NCBI GenBank assembly: GCA_028715015.1
Contig: JAQTLF010000003.1
Location: 1-51,362, forward strand
Reading direction: 5' to 3'
DNA: 51,362 nt
Source: Candidatus Moraniibacteriota bacterium
Lineage (GTDB): Bacteria; Patescibacteriota; Minisyncoccia; Moranbacterales; GWC2-37-73
The notes beneath the pieces were generated by a model. That model was not told where the DNA came from and searched no databases. It worked only from the letters and a program-made list of their open reading frames with translations. Numbering within the stretch: the first letter of the stretch is position 1; every line of letters starts with the position of its first letter. Shown piece by piece: positions 1-9,175 of the stretch. Both the position numbers and the translations under genes were made by a program.

Positions 1-5
1 ATCAT

Positions 6-1145
6 GTGAACAGCACCTTTTGGGCTTCAGCTGATTGGGTGATGTTGGAACTTATTCCGCCAAAAAACATTGAAAAAAGCCCCAAGCCGATGGAGGCTCT
101 TTTTGCGGGGTTTGCAGGTGTGGAAAAATCATTTAACACTTTTGAAAAATATATAGACGGAGCCTTTACCGACTATATGAGTCTTGAAATTGTCAGTGAT
201 GAATACGGAGTTCATCTATATATTCGCACAATGAAAAAATATCGTCATCTTCTGGAGGCTCATCTTTATGCTCAATATCCTGATGTGGAGATAATAGAGG
301 TGCCTGACTATGTCAATGATGTTCCTAAGATAATTCCCAACAACCAATGGGATCTTTGGGGTACTGACTTTATGTTCGTTCGCGACAATGCTTATCCTAT
401 CAAGACCTACAAAACTTTTGAAGAAGACATTACTGGGACTATGATTGACCCATTGGCAGGTTTGATTGAGGTTATGGGAAAACTTGGACCAGGTCTTAAA
501 ATATGGTTTCAATTGGTGGTTAAGCCGACATCTCCTGCTTGGGCGGGAACTAATGGAAAAAAAGTTTTAGACAAACTTAAGGGAAAAGAAAAAAAAGAAA
601 AAGGTCTTTTTGAAAGAATTTGGGGGGATATTGTTGACGTGTTGACCCATTTGTACAAAGGTTTGCATGAGCCGGTTGAATTTCCAGCTGAAAAGAAAAA
701 GGATGAACAACCTTTGGACACACGTCTTTCTCCAGGAGAAAGGGATGTTTTGAAAGCTGTGGAAGACAATTTGGGAAAATTGCAGTTTGAAACAAAAATC
801 AGGTTTATTTTGCTCGGAAAAAGAACAAGCATGGACAAGACGTTTGTTTCTGCATTTACTGGAGGAATGAAACAATTTGGCGATGACAATATAAACAGTT
901 TCAAGCCTGACAATGTTTCCAAAACCAAAGCTGACTATTGGACCAGAAAACCACGCTTGGCTTACAAACAAAGAAAGATTCTTAGAAGATATAGAAACAG
1001 AAGCATGGATGGGGCAACTGTTGTTTTGAGCAGTGAGGAATTAGCAACGATGTTTCATTTGCCTGACATGAACGTGATGGCGCCGTCGCTTTCCCGCGTG
1101 GAAGCCAAGCGTGGTGGCGCGCCTGCAAATTTGCCCATAGAATAA
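6..1145 (+). CDS. conserved hypothetical protein, probably 5'-truncated by the window edge; co-oriented partner of the downstream P-loop ATPase
   Basis: The frame stays open back to nt 3 with no upstream stop, so the GTG at 6 is probably internal. TAA stop at 1143-1145. K/E-rich linker (KGKEKKEKG). 84-nt gap to the next gene on the same strand. No catalytic motif recognised. Confidence 0.6.
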   Translation: MNSTFWASADWVMLELIPPKNIEKSPKPMEALFAGFAGVEKSFNTFEKYIDGAFTDYMSLEIVSDEYGVHLYIRTMKKYRHLLEAHLYAQYPDVEIIEVPDYVNDVPKIIPNNQWDLWGTDFMFVRDNAYPIKTYKTFEEDITGTMIDPLAGLIEVMGKLGPGLKIWFQLVVKPTSPAWAGTNGKKVLDKLKGKEKKEKGLFERIWGDIVDVLTHLYKGLHEPVEFPAEKKKDEQPLDTRLSPGERDVLKAVEDNLGKLQFETKIRFILLGKRTSMDKTFVSAFTGGMKQFGDDNINSFKPDNVSKTKADYWTRKPRLAYKQRKILRRYRNRSMDGATVVLSSEELATMFHLPDMNVMAPSLSRVEAKRGGAPANLPIE

Positions 1146-1229
1146 AACATTCAAGCATGTGAGCATATAAACATGCAAATATAAATTCAAAATGCATTTT
1201 AATAAAAATAAACTACAACGTTAGTTATT

Positions 1230-3374
1230 ATGGCTAGAAATAATGAAATCGCATTTTTTGCAAAAACAAATTTCAGAAATCAAGAACGGGTTTTCGGCAT
1301 CAAGACTGATGACCGCACCCGTCATATGTATATCATCGGAAAAACCGGTATGGGGAAAACCAACCTGCTGGAAAATCTGGTGGTGCAGGACATCCGCAAT
1401 GGTCATGGAATCTGCTATATCGATCCTCATGGTGACACCGCCGAAAAACTTCTCAAAGCTGTTCCGGCTGAACGCATCAATGACGTCATCTATCTCAATC
1501 CGGCCGATCAAAATTTCCCATTGGCTTTCAATGTGATGGAATCGGTCGATCCTGACTATCGCCACTTGGTGGCTTCGGGTTTGATCGGTGTTTTCAAAAA
1601 AATCTGGGCTGATTCCTGGGGACCTCGTCTGGAATATATTTTGCGCAATGCGATTTTGGCATTGTTGGAATATCCAGGCAGTACCTTGTTGGGAGTGACC
1701 AGAATTCTGGTGGACAAAAAATATCGTGAAAAGGTGGTGGAAAAAGTGACTGATCCTGTGATCAGGCAATTTTGGGTGGATGAATTTCCCAAATGGAGTG
1801 ACAAGGTGTTGCAGGAAGTCGTGTCTCCGATCCAAAACAAAGTCGGACAATTCTTGTCCAGTTCTTTGATCCGTAACATTGTGGGTCAGACGCAATCTTC
1901 TTTTGACATCCGCAACGCCATGGACACGCAAAAGATTCTGATTATCAATCTTTCCAAAGGACGCATCGGTGAAGACAATGGCGCGCTGCTTGGAGCGATG
2001 ATGATCACCAAAATCCAGCTTGCAGCCATGGGTCGGGTCGACATTTCGGAAGATGATCGCAAAGATTTCTATTTGTATGTGGATGAGTTCCAAAACTTTG
2101 CCACGGAATCTTTCGCCAACATTTTGTCGGAAGCCAGAAAATATCGTCTCAACCTTATTTTGGCCAACCAGTACATCACCCAGATCGATGAAAAAGTCCG
2201 TGATGCCATTTTTGGAAATGCCGGCACGATCATTTCTTTCCGTGTCGGTGCCATGGACGCCGAATTTTTGGAAAAAGAATTCGCACCTGTTTTCGTGCAA
2301 AATGACATTGTGAACTTGCCAAAATATAACATCTATTTGAAATTGATGATCGATGGAATTGCAGGGGACGCTTTTTCAGCGCAAGTTTTGCCGCCAATCT
2401 ACATCGGTGATACTGTCGGCAACGAAGAAAAAATCATCGCCTCATCACGTCAGCGCTACGCTTCAAGCAAGGAGGAAGTCGAGGACAAAATTGCCCGTTG
2501 GTCCGGGGTCATGCCTGTCGGGGGATTCCAGACTGTTAACAAGGCTCCAGCCATGCCGGCAGCTCAGACCTTCCAACAACCAAGGCCGCAATTTTCCAAT
2601 CCTGCGCCAGCAAGCCAATTTCAGCAGCCTGCCAGAGTTTCACAGCCAATCAGTGCTACAGCTTTTAGTTCTCCTGTGCAGCCGGCAGTTCACGCTCCGC
2701 AGCAACCAGCCGAATTTGTCCAGCCAAAGGCTGCTGTGAGCTCGCCTGAGCCCCTGGAAGCTGTCGTTCCTCAAAATGTCATGTCAGCGCAGGCCTCTTT
2801 CAATCAGGGTGTTGCAGAGCCAGATTTGGTGGAATATTCCGAACCTCAGCCGCCAAAACCCATGTTTGAGGCAATTTGCGACATGTGCAATGAAAACATC
2901 CAGGTTCCATTCCAGCCGGACGGAAAACGCCCAACTTTTTGCAAAGATTGTTTGAAAGACTATCAGCGCATGACAGCCAAGGAAAAACTCAATCAGGAAA
3001 GAAAAATGCAAAGACAGCAAGAAGAAGCCGGTTTGCAATCCGCCACAAATCCTGCATCTTCGGTTGCCGCCAATGGACAATTTCCAACTGCACGTCCGAC
3101 ACAAAGTTTCGCTCGTCCGCCAATGAACAACAACCAAAGCGCATCAAATTCGCAACAACGTCCATACGCTGCTCCTCAAAGAGTGCAGCAAAAAACTTCT
3201 TTGCAGCAGCCAGCAAGAAAATTCGAACACAAAGCCTATGAGCCGCAAGATCGTCCGATGTCGCTTTCACAGATGCAACACATCGCTCCCAAAAAATTCA
3301 AACCTCGTCAAAGACCGAACATAAACTTGGACGAAGTCAGAAATCTGATCAACGCCAACAAACAAGAAAACTAG
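1230..3374 (+). CDS. VirD4/TraD (TrwB-type)/HerA-FtsK-like P-loop NTPase with Q/P-rich tail and CxxC-x17-CxxC zinc ribbon
   Basis: 714-aa ORF. Walker A is GKTGMGKT and the Walker B-like segment is FYLYVDEFQNF. YIDPHGD and ANQY motifs are typical of coupling-protein-like ATPases. The C-terminal ~270 aa is Q/P/A-rich and contains CDMC-x17-CKDC. TAG stop followed by a terminator. Confidence 0.75.
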   Translation: MARNNEIAFFAKTNFRNQERVFGIKTDDRTRHMYIIGKTGMGKTNLLENLVVQDIRNGHGICYIDPHGDTAEKLLKAVPAERINDVIYLNPADQNFPLAFNVMESVDPDYRHLVASGLIGVFKKIWADSWGPRLEYILRNAILALLEYPGSTLLGVTRILVDKKYREKVVEKVTDPVIRQFWVDEFPKWSDKVLQEVVSPIQNKVGQFLSSSLIRNIVGQTQSSFDIRNAMDTQKILIINLSKGRIGEDNGALLGAMMITKIQLAAMGRVDISEDDRKDFYLYVDEFQNFATESFANILSEARKYRLNLILANQYITQIDEKVRDAIFGNAGTIISFRVGAMDAEFLEKEFAPVFVQNDIVNLPKYNIYLKLMIDGIAGDAFSAQVLPPIYIGDTVGNEEKIIASSRQRYASSKEEVEDKIARWSGVMPVGGFQTVNKAPAMPAAQTFQQPRPQFSNPAPASQFQQPARVSQPISATAFSSPVQPAVHAPQQPAEFVQPKAAVSSPEPLEAVVPQNVMSAQASFNQGVAEPDLVEYSEPQPPKPMFEAICDMCNENIQVPFQPDGKRPTFCKDCLKDYQRMTAKEKLNQERKMQRQQEEAGLQSATNPASSVAANGQFPTARPTQSFARPPMNNNQSASNSQQRPYAAPQRVQQKTSLQQPARKFEHKAYEPQDRPMSLSQMQHIAPKKFKPRQRPNINLDEVRNLINANKQEN

Positions 3375-3382
3375 CAACCAAA

Positions 3383-3412
3383 AAACAACTCCGCCTGTCG
3401 GGGTTGTTTTTA
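3383..3412 (+). terminator. intrinsic terminator after the ATPase gene
   Basis: Stem AACAACTCC / GGGGTTGTT (one G:U pair) followed by TTTTTAATTT. Confidence 0.6.
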
Positions 3413-3500
3413 ATTTCATGAGTCAAAAAATAAAAACAATGCTGGTCAACATGCTGGAATGGGGATAAAATAATAGTATTAAGCAAATATTTCAAAAATC

Positions 3501-3692
3501 ATGAAAAGAGAAGTTAAAATGGATGCAGACAGATGCCCGCAGGATCATCCTTGTCCACTAGTGAGAATCTGTCCAGTCGGCGCAATTTCGCAGGAAGGTT
3601 TTGCTGCGCCTGAAATCAATCACGAAAAATGCATTTCTTGCGGAAAATGCGTCGCCACCTGTCCATATCAAGTTCCATCTTTTGAACAATAA
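3501..3692 (+). CDS. small 4Fe-4S ferredoxin-type protein
   Basis: 63 aa with CISCGKCVATCP (CxxCxxCxxxCP) plus an N-terminal Cys/Pro cluster (CPQDHPCPLVRICP). An alternative start is Met at 3519. Confidence 0.7.
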   Translation: MKREVKMDADRCPQDHPCPLVRICPVGAISQEGFAAPEINHEKCISCGKCVATCPYQVPSFEQ

Positions 3693-3704
3693 TAAAAAAT
3701 AATC

Positions 3705-4724
3705 ATGGAAAAGGAAACAACAAAAGTAGGCAGTTGGATGGGATTGGTCAAAATTTTTTTGGTGTTGATATTTTTGCCGGTGGTTGCAATCTGGTATGTG
3801 TGGAAAAAGACAACTTGGTCGAAAAGAAACAAATGGATTGCGACAATCGCAATTTTGTTCGTGCTGCTTTTGGTGATTGATTCGAACAAGGCAGCCAATG
3901 AAAAAAGCAAAGAAACTGCCGAGCTGGATGCCAGGGTGGCCGCTTTGGAAAACAAACTTGAACAGGAAAAGCAAAAGAGCGCAACTGAAAATGTTGAAAA
4001 TTTCAAACCTGTTGCCGAAGTTGCAAACAAAGAAGCCGCCGCAACTGAATTGCATGAAGTCATCAGTGTGACAGATGGCGACACTCTTAAAATCAATTTG
4101 AATGGCAACATTGAAACTTTGCGTCTGATCGGAATTGACACCCCGGAGACAGTTGATCCCAGAAAGCCGGTGCAATGTTTCGGACAGGAATCATCGGACA
4201 AAGCCAAGCAGCTTTTGAGCGGCAAAAAAGTCAGTCTGGAAGCAGACCCGACGCAAGGCGAAAGAGACCAATATGGCAGACTTTTGCGCTATGTCTTTTT
4301 GGAAGACTGAACTTTTTTCAATCAGAAAATGATCGAAGATGGCTATGCTCATGAATACACTTTTCAAAGCAAACCATACAAATATCAAAATGAATTCAAG
4401 GCGGCCGAAAAATCTGCCAGAGAAAATAAGCGTGGACTTTGGGCACCTGAAACTTGCAATGGTGACACTGAAAAAGCAGCCACTGCTCAAAAAACACAGA
4501 CTGCTCCTGCTCCAGAAGTTGCTTCCACTTCTGCAATCGTTGAACCTCAATCAACGACCCAAATGTCGCAACCATCAGTGAGCACTGGCGGCGTGGTCAA
4601 AAAAAGTTCCACCGGAATCTGCCACGCTCCCGGAACGACTTATTATGAAAAAACCAAAAATTTCATCTCATTTGATTCAATCGACGCCTGTTTGAACAGT
4701 GGCGGCAGATTGCCGAAGAGGTAA
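3705..4724 (+). pseudogene. membrane-anchored thermonuclease (staphylococcal nuclease/SNase family) interrupted by one in-frame TGA at 4308-4310
   Basis: ORFs 3705-4310 and 4329-4724 share one frame (624 nt apart). SNase motifs run across the stop: LRLIGIDTPE, GRLLRYVFLED-TGA-TFFNQKMIEDGYAHEY, then ARENKRGLW. N-terminus has two TM helices and a coiled coil. C-terminus has CHAPGTTYY...F.S...AC..GGR, an Ada-like/sunset-type metal-binding motif. Confidence 0.8.
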
Positions 4725-4842
4725 AGGAAAAGCCTTGAATAAAAGGAAGAATGAGAGTAAAATTATGTTATATCAATATGCGTTAAATGCTATTGTTCTG
4801 CGGCACGTTATGTAGCAATTATTCTATATTTGAAAAAATATT

Positions 4843-7593
4843 ATGTCACTATCTTGGAATGAAATAAAATCAAGAGCGATTGAATTTTCTAAAGAATGGG
4901 AAAATGAAAAATCTGAAGATGCTGAAGCTAAATCTTTTTGGGATGGATTTTTTAATGTTTTTGGAATGACGCGTAGACGTTTGGCAAACTTTGAATTTGA
5001 AGTAAAGAAATATGGTGGAAACAGTGGATTCATTGATTTGTTTTGGCCAGGAGTTCTTTTGGTTGAGCATAAATCTAGGGGACGTGATTTGGAAAAGGCT
5101 TATTCACAGGCCATGGACTATTTTCCTGGAATTTCAGAAAAAGATTTGCCAAAATATATTCTTGTTTCTGATTTTGAAAAATTCAAGCTCTATGATATTG
5201 AGGAAAATACTGAAATCGAATTTACTTTAAAAGAACTCTCAAAAAAAGCTTATCTATTTGGATTTTTGGCTGGATATAAAAAACAGGAATACAAAGAAGA
5301 GGACGAGGTCAATATTAAAGCTGCTGAGATGATGGGGAAGCTTTATGATGCAATGTCTGAAGCTGGATACATGGGACATGAACTCAATGTTCTTTTGGTG
5401 CGAATCCTTTTCTGTTTGTTCGCAGAAGATGCAGAAATTTTCAATATACATCAATTTAGAAAATATATTGAAACCAGAACAAACGTTGATGGTAGTGATC
5501 TTGGTATGCATCTCGGAATGCTTTTTCAAGTTTTCAATACTCCAAAAGAAAAACGCCAAGCAACACTAGATGAGGAATTAAATTCTTTTGAATATGTAAA
5601 TGGGGGACTTTTTGCTGAAAATATTTCAATTCCTTCTTTTACTTCAAAAATGCGTGAGCGTTTGCTTGAAGCGTGTGCTTTCAATTGGACATCAATTTCA
5701 CCTGCAATTTTTGGGTCTTTGTTTCAATCAGTTATGGACAAGGACGCACGCCGCCATTTGGGAGCACATTATACTTCAGAAAAAAATATCCTTAAATTAA
5801 TAAAGCCATTATTTTTGGATGAATTGCGAAAAGAACTTGATGAATGTGGAAAAAATAATCAAAAATTATTTTTGTTCCAAGAAAAAATTTCCAAACTTAA
5901 ATTTCTTGATCCTGCCTGTGGTTGCGGAAATTTTTTGATTATTGCATTTCGCGAACTTCGTCTCCTGGAGCTTGAAATGCTTAAGCGTCGCTTTGGCTCA
6001 GAAAGCAGGCTTGGACTTTATGATTTGAAACAATATATTCATGTTCGTCCAGAGCAATTCTATGGAATTGAAATTGATGATTTTCCTGCCAGCATTGCAC
6101 AAATGGCCATGTGGTTGATTGATCATCAGATGAATGAAATGGCTGCAAAAATATTCGGAGAAAATATTCCTGATTTGCCACTTACCAAAGGCGCAAATAT
6201 TTTTGTTGGCAATGCCTTGCAAAAAGATTGGGAGGAAATAGTGCCAAAAAATGAGCTGTCATATATTTTTGGAAACCCACCTTTTATTGGTTCAAAGATA
6301 ATGACCAAGGAACAGAGAGACGATATCATTTTGGTTTTTGGTAAAAAATATAAGGGAGTCGGAGTTCTTGACTATGTTTCAGGTTGGTATATGAAAGCTA
6401 CACAATACACATATGAAACCATAATAAAAGTTGCTTTTGTTTCCACTAATTCAATCACCCAAGGTGAACAAGTGGGAATTTTATGGGGTGAACTTTTAAA
6501 GAAATATGGTATTAAAATACATTTTGCACACAAGACTTTCAAATGGAACAATGAGGCACGCGGAAAGGCAGGCGTGTATTGTGTGATAATTGGATTTGCA
6601 AACTTTGATGTAGACAAAAAGCATCTTTATGAATATGAAGATGTAAAAAGTGAAGCACATGAAATGGCTGTAAAAAATATTAATCCATATTTGGTGCCTG
6701 CTGATGATGTGGTTATTTATTCAAAACAAAAACCCATCTGCAATGCACCCGAAATGAGTTTTGGTAACATGCCTTTGGATGGTGGAAATTTATTGCTATC
6801 CGAAAATGATAAAAATAACCTTATAAATCAAAATTCATTAATTGCAAGTTATATAAAGCCATTAATAAGCGCAAAAGAGTTTTTAAATAACGGTAAGCGT
6901 TTTTGTCTATGGTTGGTTGATGCTAAGCCTGAAGATTTGAGAAATATGCCAGAAGTTTTGCAAAGAATTGAGCAAGTTAAAGAATTTCGCCTAACAAGCA
7001 AGAGGCCTGGCACAGTTAAAAGTGCATCAACGCCATCTTTATTTGGAGAGATTAGGGATTTTGGAGAAAAATTTATTGTGATTCCTCGCGTGTCATCAGA
7101 GAATAGAAAATATATTCCAATGGGATTTTTTGATAAAGAAAACATTGTAAGTGACACATGTATGAGTATTCCAAATGCAACACTGTATCATTTTGGAATT
7201 TTGGAAAGTGAGATGCATATGACATGGGTGCGACATGTATGTGGTCGTTTGAAAAGTGATTTTAGATATTCAAAAGATATCGTATACAACAATTTTCCTT
7301 GGTCTGAAAATACAAGTGAGGAGAAAATGAATGCAGTTGAAAAATGTGCGCAGGAAGTTTTGAATGTGAGAGAAAAATACCCAAATAGTTCACTGGCTGA
7401 TTTGTATGACCCACTCACGATGCCAGCCGATTTGGTCAAAGCTCATCAAAACCTTGATCGTGCTGTTGATTCTGCCTATGGTAAAAAAACCTTCAATTCT
7501 TCCGCTGAAAGAATGAACTTTTTGTTTGAATTATATGAAAAATACACGAGTTCATTGATTTTAAATACTGTGCGTAGGAAGATTTTAGAATAA
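4843..7593 (+). CDS. MmeI-family Type IIL (IIG) restriction-modification enzyme: fused endonuclease, N6-adenine methyltransferase and specificity domains
   Basis: 916-aa single polypeptide. N-terminal PD-(D/E)xK-like motif FIDLFWPGVLLVEHKSRG. SAM motif I LDPACGCGNFL. Catalytic motif IV GNPPFIG. Size and domain order resemble MmeI-like enzymes. Confidence 0.85.
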   Translation: MSLSWNEIKSRAIEFSKEWENEKSEDAEAKSFWDGFFNVFGMTRRRLANFEFEVKKYGGNSGFIDLFWPGVLLVEHKSRGRDLEKAYSQAMDYFPGISEKDLPKYILVSDFEKFKLYDIEENTEIEFTLKELSKKAYLFGFLAGYKKQEYKEEDEVNIKAAEMMGKLYDAMSEAGYMGHELNVLLVRILFCLFAEDAEIFNIHQFRKYIETRTNVDGSDLGMHLGMLFQVFNTPKEKRQATLDEELNSFEYVNGGLFAENISIPSFTSKMRERLLEACAFNWTSISPAIFGSLFQSVMDKDARRHLGAHYTSEKNILKLIKPLFLDELRKELDECGKNNQKLFLFQEKISKLKFLDPACGCGNFLIIAFRELRLLELEMLKRRFGSESRLGLYDLKQYIHVRPEQFYGIEIDDFPASIAQMAMWLIDHQMNEMAAKIFGENIPDLPLTKGANIFVGNALQKDWEEIVPKNELSYIFGNPPFIGSKIMTKEQRDDIILVFGKKYKGVGVLDYVSGWYMKATQYTYETIIKVAFVSTNSITQGEQVGILWGELLKKYGIKIHFAHKTFKWNNEARGKAGVYCVIIGFANFDVDKKHLYEYEDVKSEAHEMAVKNINPYLVPADDVVIYSKQKPICNAPEMSFGNMPLDGGNLLLSENDKNNLINQNSLIASYIKPLISAKEFLNNGKRFCLWLVDAKPEDLRNMPEVLQRIEQVKEFRLTSKRPGTVKSASTPSLFGEIRDFGEKFIVIPRVSSENRKYIPMGFFDKENIVSDTCMSIPNATLYHFGILESEMHMTWVRHVCGRLKSDFRYSKDIVYNNFPWSENTSEEKMNAVEKCAQEVLNVREKYPNSSLADLYDPLTMPADLVKAHQNLDRAVDSAYGKKTFNSSAERMNFLFELYEKYTSSLILNTVRRKILE

Positions 7594-7612
7594 ATAATTA
7601 AAACTTGAAAAT

Positions 7613-8596
7613 ATGGAAAACCAAACTATTAAAAGGATGAATAAGGGGCAATGCCAACAATTTCTAGAAAAAACCATTGAAAATGCAAATATAATAAATA
7701 GCTCTGTAGAAAATTTGCAAAAATCAAATGCTGAAATAGAGAAGGCAAAAATTGAAATAGTGGGTGGCGATGAGAATATTGGCCTGATTGATCAGATTAA
7801 AAAGGAGCTTGGTGATATTAAAATTAAATCAGAAGAAATTGACGAGGCATATGATAAGATTTGTACTGACACTGAAGAGGAAGATTCAATAGCAACTCAA
7901 CTAGAGGGCATACTTGATGACATTAAAAAAAATAAGGAAAAAATAGAAAATTTTGAAAAGAAAATACTTGGATATAAAAAGAAAAATGATATCGGGGAAA
8001 CAGAAGATATTCCTGGTTTATCTCAAAAGTTGGATGACCTTTATAATGAGCAGAAAAAGAGGTATTCTATTTTTTATAAAAAAATAGAGCAAGAGCTAAA
8101 AGCTGGAGTAACAAGTGTGAATTTGTCAAAATCTTTTGCTGATAAGGTTGGGGAATACCACAAGGATAGTCGCTTTTGGTCAAAAATGTTTGTGGGACTT
8201 TCAGTTTTGGTTGCTACATATTACGGTTACATAACCGTATCTGCTGAAAGTATACATTCTTATCAAGATGTGATTCTGCACCTTGCTTTCAGGGCTCCGT
8301 TTCTGGCATTTGTTATTTGGTTGGGTATATTTTTTGGAAATCGTAGGGCTGAAAGTAAAAAACTCGAAGAATCATATAAACATAAGGAGGTTTTAGCTAG
8401 ATCTTTCGTGGGATATAAAGAAACAATTGAAGAAATTAGTGATGAAGATAGTGAACTTCTTATTAAACACATGCAAAACCTTCTTGATGCCATGAATATT
8501 AATTCTAGTGAATTTTTAGCTACTGATGGAGAAAAACATCCAATAATGGAATTCACATCTTCTTTTTTTAGAGGCAGTAAAAAGAATGAAGAATGA
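7613..8596 (+). CDS. hypothetical coiled-coil protein with two C-proximal transmembrane helices
   Basis: 327 aa, starting 19 nt after the RM gene. The N-terminal ~170 aa is E/K/I-rich coiled coil. TM segments are FWSKMFVGLSVLVATYYGYITV and APFLAFVIWLGIFFG, followed by RRAESKKLEESYKHKEVLARSF. Confidence 0.6.
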   Translation: MENQTIKRMNKGQCQQFLEKTIENANIINSSVENLQKSNAEIEKAKIEIVGGDENIGLIDQIKKELGDIKIKSEEIDEAYDKICTDTEEEDSIATQLEGILDDIKKNKEKIENFEKKILGYKKKNDIGETEDIPGLSQKLDDLYNEQKKRYSIFYKKIEQELKAGVTSVNLSKSFADKVGEYHKDSRFWSKMFVGLSVLVATYYGYITVSAESIHSYQDVILHLAFRAPFLAFVIWLGIFFGNRRAESKKLEESYKHKEVLARSFVGYKETIEEISDEDSELLIKHMQNLLDAMNINSSEFLATDGEKHPIMEFTSSFFRGSKKNEE

Positions 8597-8699
8597 TTTT
8601 TTTACTGGTTTTATATTGAAATTATAAAATTTTGTTTAAAAAATATTTGTTGAAAAAAATAAGATAAAAATGTATTTAAGGTGAATATTTATTACTAAG

Positions 8700-9128
8700 A
8701 TGACTACAATTATTGCTATATATGGAGCAGTTTTATCAACAATTACTTTTGCTTATTCGTTGTGGAAAAAAAGAGATGCTGTTAAGATTTTATATTCAAT
8801 GTCGGATATAAATAATAAATATTATTGGTCTTTTGAAGTAATAAACGTAAGCCAAAGAAGTATCTATATAAAGGATTTTTGGTTTAAAAATGGTGATAAT
8901 TCAAATGTTGTATTAAAGAATTGTGAAGATTTGGACGACATCGATGTTTCCGAGACGTTAGAATTAAGCCCGAATCGTTCTGTTGAGATAATTTATAGTG
9001 AAAAAATTTTGGAAATGAATAAGATTAATCCAAGAAATTTTTTTGTTGAGGAGGAGAATGGTAAAAAGTATTTTTTGGATGAAAGTTATCACGGTAAGAA
9101 ATTTTTTGATTTTATAAAAAAGAAGTGA
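8700..9128 (+). CDS. hypothetical protein with N-terminal membrane anchor
   Basis: 142 aa. N-terminal hydrophobic helix TIIAIYGAVLSTITFAYSLW. No recognisable motif. Confidence 0.5.
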   Translation: MTTIIAIYGAVLSTITFAYSLWKKRDAVKILYSMSDINNKYYWSFEVINVSQRSIYIKDFWFKNGDNSNVVLKNCEDLDDIDVSETLELSPNRSVEIIYSEKILEMNKINPRNFFVEEENGKKYFLDESYHGKKFFDFIKKK

Positions 9129-9175
9129 CAAATAAACAATGCTTAAGAAATTTGGTTATTTTGGTAAATAAAAAA

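Noticed and set aside
1221-2300. Long antisense ORFs: 359 aa at 1221-2300, 249 aa at 17441-18190, 278 aa at 34981-35817, 248 aa at 38422-39168, 207 aa at 40257-40880, 251 aa at 41215-41970, and 169 aa at 45478-45987
   Set aside because: Each lies fully opposite or across strongly supported genes (P-loop ATPase, alaS, M16/DHFR-like, GT2, phosphoesterase, LigB-like, MacA). Their translations are low-complexity or Cys/His/Phe-rich with no motifs. They are shadow ORFs.
4308-4310. Genetic code 25 (TGA=Gly, as in Gracilibacteria/Absconditabacteria), suggested by the in-frame TGA at a Gly-like position in the thermonuclease
   Set aside because: All other long conserved genes (alaS, dnaB, mnmA, the 916-aa RM enzyme and the 714-aa ATPase) are uninterrupted under code 11. 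TGA also closes many ORFs at sensible C-termini (for example 45520-46833, 44433-44840 and 25667-26188). A TGA-recoding genome would show frequent in-frame TGAs.
8594-9128. Possible readthrough or fusion of ORFs ending in TGA (8594-8596, 9126-9128, 9956-9958) as further evidence for recoding
   Set aside because: Reading through gives only short low-complexity extensions that end at nearby TAA/TGA codons. No conserved domain continues across these stops.
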